From: an uncultured Actinomycetes bacterium
GTDB lineage: Bacteria > Chloroflexota > Dormibacteria > Aeolococcales > Aeolococcaceae
Length of the DNA: 64,000 nucleotides
Direction of reading: 5' to 3'
Assembly: GCA_964508345.1 (NCBI GenBank)
Contig: CAZDTK010000002.1
Location: 7,389-71,388 of the forward strand
Under the pieces are notes generated by a model. That model did no database searches and had not been told where the DNA came from. It worked only from the letters and a program-made list of their open reading frames with translations. This document shows, in pieces, positions 57,794-64,000 of this stretch. Position numbers and translations under genes: made by a program. The stretch's first letter is position 1, and every line of letters starts with the position of its first letter.

Positions 57794-57965
57794 GCTCTCC
57801 CCCCGTCAGACGCGACCGCCGGAGCGGTTGGGGACGAGTATGCCACGGGCTCCGGCCAGCAACCACCGGCGGCGGCGTAACCTCTGCAGCGGCGCGGCCG
57901 CTGCCGGGCCGGATGCCCGTCACGGCCGGAGCGGGCATCGCCGAGGTCCGGCCGGAGGAAAGCGA

Positions 57966-58485
57966 CGTGTCCACCGCCTGGCCCCCGCCCCCTGCGGACG
58001 GCGATCCCGCGACGCCGGGATACACCTGGCCGGCGCCCGGGCAGCCGCCGCCCTCACCCTACCCGTTCTCCGGGCAGTCCCCCTACCCGTACCCGCCACC
58101 CCCCGGCTACCCGTACGCGGCGCCGCCCGGGTACCCGGTGCAGCCGGGCCAGCCCCCTTGGGGAGGCCCCTATCCCCCGCCCTACGCGCAGCCCTACCCG
58201 GGATACGCGGCGCCCACGTCCACCAACGGGTTCGCCATCGCCTCCCTGGTTCTCGGCATCCTCTGGCTCTACTGGGTGGGGTCCATCCTCGCCGTCATCT
58301 TCGGCCACATCGCGCTGGCGCAGACGAGCGACCGGCGGCAGGGGGGCAGGGGTCTGGCGATCGCCGGCCTGGTGCTGGGCTACATCGGGGTGGGCGTGCT
58401 GGTCCTGGTGATCGTCCTGGCGCTCATCGTCGGCACCGCCAACGTCCACTCCAGCGTCACCGTGACGCCGGTGACCGGCATCTAG
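57966..58485 (+). CDS. DUF4190-domain membrane protein with a Pro/Tyr-rich N-terminus
   Basis: GTG start with GGAGGAAAG upstream. PPPGYPY repeats. C-terminal two-TM DUF4190-like segment (GFAIASLVLGIL...). Confidence 0.55.
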
Positions 58486-59414
58486 TGCGACCCCGCTACG
58501 GCTACCTCGGGCCGGAGGGCACGTTCGCCGAGGTTGCGCTGCGCAGCCTCCCCGAGAGCAGGGACGCGGACCTGATCCCGGTGGAGACGGTCGCCGACGC
58601 CTTCGCCGCCCTCCGCGACGGGTCGGTTGCCGGTGCCGTGGTCCCCTTCGAGAACTCCGTCGAGGGCTCGGTGAGCGGGACCCTCGACGAGTTCGTGAGC
58701 GGGAGCCCGCTGCACATCGCGCGCGAGATGCTGGTCCCGGTCCGCCTCTCGCTGCTCGCCCGCCCGGGGACCGCGCTCGGCTCGGTCCGGGTGGTCGCCT
58801 CGCATCCCCACGCCATCGCCCAGTGCCGGCACTGGCTGCGGACCCACCTGCCCCAGGCCAGGGTCCAGGCGGCTCCCTCGACGGCGGAGGCCGCCCAGGC
58901 GGTGGCCGAGGGGTCGGACGGTGTCGACGCCGCCATCGCCTCCCCCGCCGCCGCCGAACGCTACGGTCTGACCGAGCTGGTCGCCGACATCGGCGACCAT
59001 GGCCACGCGGTCACCCGCTTCGTGCTGGCGGTCACGCCGCGAGCGCTGCCACGGCCCACCGGGGCCGATCGGACCACGGTGGTCACGCTGATCGCCGACG
59101 ACCATCCGGGTGCCCTGCTGGAGCTGCTCACCGAGTTCGCCGTCCGGGGGGTGAACCTCACCCGGATCGAGTCCCGCCCCACCGGACACGGCCTGGGCCG
59201 CTACTGCTTCTCGATCGACTGCGAGGGCCACGTCGACGAAGCACGCGTGGGCGACGCCCTGGCGGCGCTCCACCGATTCTGCGCGGAGGTCCGCTTCTGC
59301 GGCTCGTACCCGCGGGCCGACGGTGAGAGCCCGCGGCTCCGCCCGGGGACCGCGGACGCCGACTTCCAGGCGGCCGCGGCCTGGCTGGACCGGGCCCGGC
59401 GAGGAGCCGGCTGA
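58485..59414 (+). CDS. pheA: Prephenate dehydratase
   Basis: PDT domain (YLGPEGTFAE..., TRF) plus a C-terminal ACT domain (ESRP). The GTG start overlaps the previous stop by 1 nt. Confidence 0.85.
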   Translation: MRPRYGYLGPEGTFAEVALRSLPESRDADLIPVETVADAFAALRDGSVAGAVVPFENSVEGSVSGTLDEFVSGSPLHIAREMLVPVRLSLLARPGTALGSVRVVASHPHAIAQCRHWLRTHLPQARVQAAPSTAEAAQAVAEGSDGVDAAIASPAAAERYGLTELVADIGDHGHAVTRFVLAVTPRALPRPTGADRTTVVTLIADDHPGALLELLTEFAVRGVNLTRIESRPTGHGLGRYCFSIDCEGHVDEARVGDALAALHRFCAEVRFCGSYPRADGESPRLRPGTADADFQAAAAWLDRARRGAG

Positions 59415-59592
59415 GCCCAGTCAGGGCCCCCCGCGCGCGGCCTGGAGCAGCTCGCGGTTTGCGTCGTCGCGATCCGCTGTTACGGGGCTGTGGCCAAACC
59501 TCCTGGGTTCCCGTGAAACCGGCCCCGTTAGGCTCGGAGCAACGTCTAGTGCATTTGAACTACCCGGTCGGTAGGACGAGAAAGGGAAGATC

Positions 59593-60231
59593 ATGGAACG
59601 GCGCGGGGGGAGGCCCAGGCGCACCCATCTGGCCCGGGTCTCCCTGGTCTTCGCTGCCACGGTGGCCGCCACCGCCCTGATCGGCTTCGGAGGCATGGCC
59701 GCCTGGCAGGCGTACTCGGAGAACGCCGGCAACAGCGTGGCCGCGGGCAGCCTGGGCCACAGCAACACGGTGGCCACCCAGAGCTGCACCTCGGTCACCT
59801 CGACCTCCCTGCTCAACCAGGCGGGCAACACCTGCGCCGTGATCATCGGCGTGAGCGGCGTCTCCCCCTCCTCACCGGCCACGCTGACCTCGGGCGCGGT
59901 CGTGATCACCTCGACCGGCACCCTCCAGAGCACGCTCAGCATGCAGATGCCGTCCGCTGCGACCGGCAACCTCTGCGCCGACCTGGAGCTGACGGTGACC
60001 GACTCCAGCAGCGTCACCGACTACGCGGCCGCCGCCCTGAGCACCCAGATGGGGGCCACCAGCCTCAAGGACAGCGCGGGTGCCACCACCTGGCCGGGGA
60101 CCTCGCCAGGCCCCGCGGGCACCGACACCTACGCCTTCACGATCACCAAGGGGACCAACTTCAACACCGACTATCAGGACGCTGGGCAGAGCTGCACCTT
60201 CTCCATCCTCTTCACCCAGCAGGCCGACTAG
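59593..60231 (+). CDS. Secreted hypothetical protein (Ser/Thr-rich, predicted beta-rich)
   Basis: Signal peptide/TM followed by AWQAYSENAGNS, reminiscent of SipW-cognate/TasA-camelysin-type N-termini. No firm family. Confidence 0.4.
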   Translation: MERRGGRPRRTHLARVSLVFAATVAATALIGFGGMAAWQAYSENAGNSVAAGSLGHSNTVATQSCTSVTSTSLLNQAGNTCAVIIGVSGVSPSSPATLTSGAVVITSTGTLQSTLSMQMPSAATGNLCADLELTVTDSSSVTDYAAAALSTQMGATSLKDSAGATTWPGTSPGPAGTDTYAFTITKGTNFNTDYQDAGQSCTFSILFTQQAD

Positions 60232-60271
60232 CGGAGGGCTGAAGAGACCCCGGCGGTCCGCCTTGCCGGGC

Positions 60272-61048
60272 TCAGCCGAGGGGGGCGTCCTCCGGGCTGC
60301 GCAAGAGCACCGCGACGATGACGAGCGCGATCCCGAGCAGCTCGAGCGGCTGTGGGACCTGGCGCAGGAGCAGCAGCCCCATCACGGTGGCGGTCGCCGG
60401 CAGCAGGCTGAGCAGGGTCGCGAAGGCGCCCCGGGAGAGGCGCCGCAGCAGCACCTGGTCGAGGGCGTAGGGGATGACGCTGGAGAGCAGTCCGGCGCCC
60501 ACCGCGAGCAGCAGGACGGCACCGTGTCCCGCGCTCTCCACCGCCGGGGCGGCCGCGAACGGGGCGATCGCGAACGTGCCGGCCACCATGGCGGCCGCCA
60601 GGCCGGTCGTGCCCAGCCCGCGGCGGGCGACCCGGTGGGCCAGGACGATGTAGACGGCCCAGAGGAGGCCGGCGGCGAGAGCGAGCCCCACTCCCAGCCC
60701 GCTGCCCGACAGGCTGATCCGGCTGAGCGTGGCCACGCCCGCCACGGCCACCAGCAGCGCGGCCAGGTTGCGGAGCCCGCGCACGGCGACCGCGGCCACC
60801 AGGACGGGGCCGATGAACTCGATGGCGACCGTGGTGCCCAGTGGGAGCCGCTGGATGGCCAGGTAGAAGGTGAGGTTCATGGCGGCCAGCGCGATCCCGA
60901 AGACAGCGACCAGGAGCAGGGCGTCCCAGCGCTCATGGCGGAGCGCCCGCCACGGTCTTCGCCAGGCACAGAGGACGACCGCGCCGGTCAGCACCCGGAT
61001 CCAGGCCACCCCCGCAGCCGGCATCGCGGCGAAGGCATGGACGGCCAA
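60272..61048 (-). CDS. EamA/DMT-family transporter
   Basis: 10-TM-like duplicated EamA pattern. The N-terminus may extend further upstream. Confidence 0.65.
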   Translation of the reverse strand: MAVHAFAAMPAAGVAWIRVLTGAVVLCAWRRPWRALRHERWDALLLVAVFGIALAAMNLTFYLAIQRLPLGTTVAIEFIGPVLVAAVAVRGLRNLAALLVAVAGVATLSRISLSGSGLGVGLALAAGLLWAVYIVLAHRVARRGLGTTGLAAAMVAGTFAIAPFAAAPAVESAGHGAVLLLAVGAGLLSSVIPYALDQVLLRRLSRGAFATLLSLLPATATVMGLLLLRQVPQPLELLGIALVIVAVLLRSPEDAPLG

Positions 61049-61163
61049 TGACGCGCCCGCGTACTGGGAGATCGCGTTGACGACGAAGAGGGCGACCAGA
61101 TGGGGCGCCGGACGTCCCGCCGGCGCTGCCGGGGCCGGCGCTGGACGCGCGAGCGTGAGGCTG

Positions 61164-61608
61164 TCAGCTTTCGAGCGACGCCCTCAGCCGGATCTCGACG
61201 CCCATCAGCGCCTTGGAGACCGGGCAACCCGACCTCGCCGCCTCGGCGGCGGCCTGAAAGGCGGCGGCCTCGATGCCCGGCACCCGGGCGGTGGCCACGA
61301 GATCGATCCCGGTGATCGTGGCGCCGTCAGGACGGCCGGTCTCGAAGGCGACGCTGGCGCTGACATCGACCCGCTCCGGCGCATGGCCCAGCTTGGCCAG
61401 CTCGTTGGAGAAGGCCATGGAGAAGCAGGCCGCGTGAGCGGTGGCGATCAGCTCCTCGGGGCTCGTCGCCCCCGGCTCGCGCTGGGTGCGGCGGCCCCAC
61501 GAGATGGGCAGCTCGGGGAATGCGCCACTCCCCGGGCGGACGGTCCCACCGCCGGCGGTGAGGTCCCCTGACCAGGTCGCCGCGGCGGTGCTGTGTGCAA
61601 TCGGCATG
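61164..61608 (-). CDS. OsmC/Ohr-family peroxiredoxin-like protein
   Basis: OsmC-like fold with conserved Cys pair context (AHAACF ... SGCPVSKAL). ATG start with GGGAGG SD. Confidence 0.8.
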
Positions 61609-61770
61609 GGTGAGCCTCCCAACCAACCCCCCGGTGATGCAGGGGCACTGTGATGCTAGTGTCCTGGCTCGGAACTTCGTCGAGCAGAGCGTGGCCGGCC
61701 CATGCGAGCCGATCGGGAGCCCGAGCCATCCGCTCCGCCCGGTCACGGTCGCCGACCAGGACGTCGCTCT

Positions 61771-62592
61771 ATGATGATAGCGACGATGGCGGATGTTACT
61801 GTGCCTGACACTCAGCTTTCTCAACCTGCGCCGCGGGGAAAGCGCGCTGCTCCGACGAACTCAGAGCGCCCACCGGGCGGAGGAACGACCCGCGCCGGCG
61901 CCTCTGCGCATGCGGGTTCGGAGGCACTGCTCCTCGACATCGCCGTCCACGAGCTGCGCTCCCCGCTCACCGTCATCCAGGGCTACGCGTCACTGCTGGA
62001 GGGCGGCGACCTGGGAGGGCTGGAGGCCCCCGCACAGAAGGCGGTCCGGGTCATCGCGACCAAGGCGCGCGAGGCTCAGGAGATCGCCACCTCGCTGCTC
62101 ACCGTGGCCCGATTGGAGAGCAACGAGCTGAACATCGAGAGCACGACGACTCCGCTCTGCCCGCTCCTGGAGACCGCCCTCGAGAGGGTCAGGCCGCGCC
62201 TCGAGCTGGCCGGCGCCGCCCTCGACGTGGAGTGCCCCGCCGGCTTGGAGGCGCTCGCCGACGCCGACCTGGTGACGCGAATCCTGGACAACCTTGTCAA
62301 CAACGCTCTTATCTACTCCGACCCCCCGGCCGCGGTATCGCTGGTGGCCCGTCCGGGCGCCACCTGGGTCGAGATCCGCGTCAGCGACCGTGGACCGGGG
62401 GTTGCCGAGGCGGACCGGGAGCGGATCTTCGAGCGCTTCGTCCGGGGGGCGGGGGCCGAGCGTGCCGCCGGGACCGGGCTGGGCCTCTACATCAGCCGCG
62501 AATGCGCCCGCCGCATGGGCGGCGACCTCACCCTGGAGGAGAGCGGCCCCGGCCGGGGCAGCACCTTCCTGCTCTGCCTGCCGGCGGTCTGA
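61771..62592 (+). CDS. Cytoplasmic sensor histidine kinase (HisKA + HATPase_c, no TM)
   Basis: H-box HELRSPLTVIQGY. N, G1 and G2 boxes (NLVNNALIYS, DRGPGV, GTGLGL). Confidence 0.75.
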   Translation: MMIATMADVTVPDTQLSQPAPRGKRAAPTNSERPPGGGTTRAGASAHAGSEALLLDIAVHELRSPLTVIQGYASLLEGGDLGGLEAPAQKAVRVIATKAREAQEIATSLLTVARLESNELNIESTTTPLCPLLETALERVRPRLELAGAALDVECPAGLEALADADLVTRILDNLVNNALIYSDPPAAVSLVARPGATWVEIRVSDRGPGVAEADRERIFERFVRGAGAERAAGTGLGLYISRECARRMGGDLTLEESGPGRGSTFLLCLPAV

Positions 62593-62631
62593 CCTCCCAG
62601 CGGCGGCCTGACCTCCACGCCGGATGCGGGG

Positions 62632-63594
62632 CTAGGAGAGCCTCACGCGTGGATCGATGGCTGCGTAGAGGACGTCGACGATGATGTTGGCGGTGACGAT
62701 GAAGGCTGCCGCCACCAGCACGATCCCCTGGATCACGGGCAGGTCCTCTCTGCCGATGGCGCTGACCACGTTCTGGCCAAGCCCGGGGAGGCCGAAGATG
62801 GTCTCGGTGATGATGGCCCCGCCCAGCACCGTGGCCAGGTCGATGCCGAACTGGGTGACGATGGGGGTGATCGCCGCACGCAGGGCGTGGCGGTAGACGA
62901 CACGCCGTTCGGAGAGCCCCTTGGCCCGGGCGGTGCGGATGTAGTCCTCGCCCAGCACCTCCAGCAACGAGCTGCGTGAGAGCCGGGCGTAGGTCGCCGC
63001 GGTGATCAGGGCAAGCGTCAGCCAGGGGAGGAGCAGGTCACGGGCCCACCCCGCCGGATTGGTGAGGAACGGCGTGAAGTTGCCGGCGCTCGGGAAGATG
63101 GAGATCCCGTGGGTGGTGAGGATGTAGAAGAAGACGAAGAGGAGCAGCAGACCGAGGATGAAGGTGGGGGTGGAGAGCCCGATCAGCACGAAGACGGTGG
63201 CGCTGCGGTCCCAGACGCTGCGCGGACGGCGGGCGGCGAGGATGCCGACGCTCAGGCCCATGGCGAGCCAGATGATGCCGGCGCCCACGGCGAGGGAGAT
63301 GTCGACCTGCACCCACTGGCCGAGCAGCGCGGTCACCGGCTCGTGCAGCTTGTAGGACTCGCCGAGGTTGCCGTGGAGCAGCCGCCCCAGGAATCCCAGG
63401 TACTGCTGCCACACCGGCTTGTTGAGGCCCAGCGCCGCTCTGATGGTCGCCACCTGCGACAGCGTCGCCGACTTGCCGGCGAGCAGTCGCGCCGGATCGG
63501 GGTTGGAGAGGAAGAAGAGGACGAAGACCAGGCTCACGATCACCCAGAGGGTGACGGCCCCCTGGATCACACGCCGGATGATGAAGCGGGTCAT
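62632..63594 (-). CDS. ABC transporter permease (DppB/OppB-like)
   Basis: MTRFIIRRV N-terminus. EAA loop ARAKGLSERRVVYRHALRAA. Confidence 0.85.
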   Translation of the reverse strand: MTRFIIRRVIQGAVTLWVIVSLVFVLFFLSNPDPARLLAGKSATLSQVATIRAALGLNKPVWQQYLGFLGRLLHGNLGESYKLHEPVTALLGQWVQVDISLAVGAGIIWLAMGLSVGILAARRPRSVWDRSATVFVLIGLSTPTFILGLLLLFVFFYILTTHGISIFPSAGNFTPFLTNPAGWARDLLLPWLTLALITAATYARLSRSSLLEVLGEDYIRTARAKGLSERRVVYRHALRAAITPIVTQFGIDLATVLGGAIITETIFGLPGLGQNVVSAIGREDLPVIQGIVLVAAAFIVTANIIVDVLYAAIDPRVRLS

Positions 63595-64000
63595 GGCCGC
63601 TCCACCGCGTTGTCCAGGCCGCCCGCACCCGCCGAAGCGTCCAGGTCCGCGACTGCGGGCACCTTACGGCGGGTGGCGAAGATGCGCTCGGTCCGCGGGT
63701 CGAGGGCGTCCCGCACCGAGTCTCCCAGCAGGTTGAATCCGAGGGTTGTGATCAGCAGGGCGATGGAGGGGAAGACCCAGAACCACCAGGCGCCGAAGCC
63801 GGCCGAGCCCTGGTCGTCGGCGAGCATGTTGCCCCAGGTCGGCGTCGGCGGCCCCACCCCGACGCCGAGGTAGTCCAGGGTGGCCTCGAAGACGATGGCC
63901 ACCGGGACCAGGAGCGTGCCCAGCACCAGCACCGGTGCCACCAGGTTGGGGAGGATGTCGACGAACATGATCCGGAAGCTTCCCGCTCCGATGGAGCGGG
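63591..64000 (-). CDS. ABC transporter permease (DppC/OppC-like), C-terminal part only. The gene continues beyond the window end.
   Basis: C-terminal permease blocks (LVPVAIVFEATLDYLGVG ... FPSIALLITTLGFNLLGD). The 4-nt overlap with the next permease is typical. Confidence 0.7.
   Translation of the reverse strand, partial: RSIGAGSFRIMFVDILPNLVAPVLVLGTLLVPVAIVFEATLDYLGVGVGPPTPTWGNMLADDQGSAGFGAWWFWVFPSIALLITTLGFNLLGDSVRDALDPRTERIFATRRKVPAVADLDASAGAGGLDNAVERP

Overview
High-GC bacterial window that looks actinobacterial. Three things point that way: a complete inositol → phosphatidylinositol → PIM early-step operon (ino1, HtrB-like acyltransferase, pimA, pgsA), a 2-oxoglutarate:ferredoxin oxidoreductase KorAB, and a DNA polymerase III delta' gene. 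Start coordinates may be off by 1–2 nt because I counted positions by hand. Main content, left to right: (1) A rhodanese gene and a HisC-like aminotransferase. (2) A LacI-controlled cellobiose/cellodextrin utilisation locus: GH94 cellobiose phosphorylase, a family-5 substrate-binding protein, two ABC ATPases, two permeases and the LacI regulator. A shared operator-like motif also lies upstream of a neighbouring methyl-accepting chemotaxis protein. (3) Two paralogous MCPs, holB, a CPBP protease and a SulP transporter. (4) The ArsR-ino1-patA-pimA-pgsA operon. (5) A tRNA with anticodon GUA that has a short variable loop and a C1:G72 first pair, immediately followed by a tyrosyl-tRNA synthetase that aligns along its whole length with archaeal (Methanocaldococcus-type) TyrRS. 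This is an archaeal/eukaryal-type Tyr decoding pair inside a bacterial genome. (6) otsA. (7) A stress-like module of two HspR-like MerR regulators flanking a single-domain CheY-like receiver, with a Holin-X protein and a DUF3618-like membrane protein. (8) A tight four-gene operon for sulfoquinovose: a flippase-like membrane protein, an NAD epimerase, UDP-sulfoquinovose synthase SqdB and a GT2 polyprenyl-phosphate-type transferase. (9) A FIST sensor with a GAF-GGDEF-EAL protein. (10) tRNA-Gln and an NRAMP mntH gene with a perfect 16-bp palindrome upstream. (11) A CHAP peptidoglycan hydrolase, citrate synthase, a PEBP protein, an aldo-keto reductase, and korAB with a direct-repeat motif in its promoter. 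(12) A run of three GT-C-type membrane glycosyltransferases. (13) pheA, OsmC, a histidine kinase and the start of a second peptide-type ABC transporter. Many of the long ORFs in the supplied track are antisense or overlapping GC-frame artefacts and were discarded.
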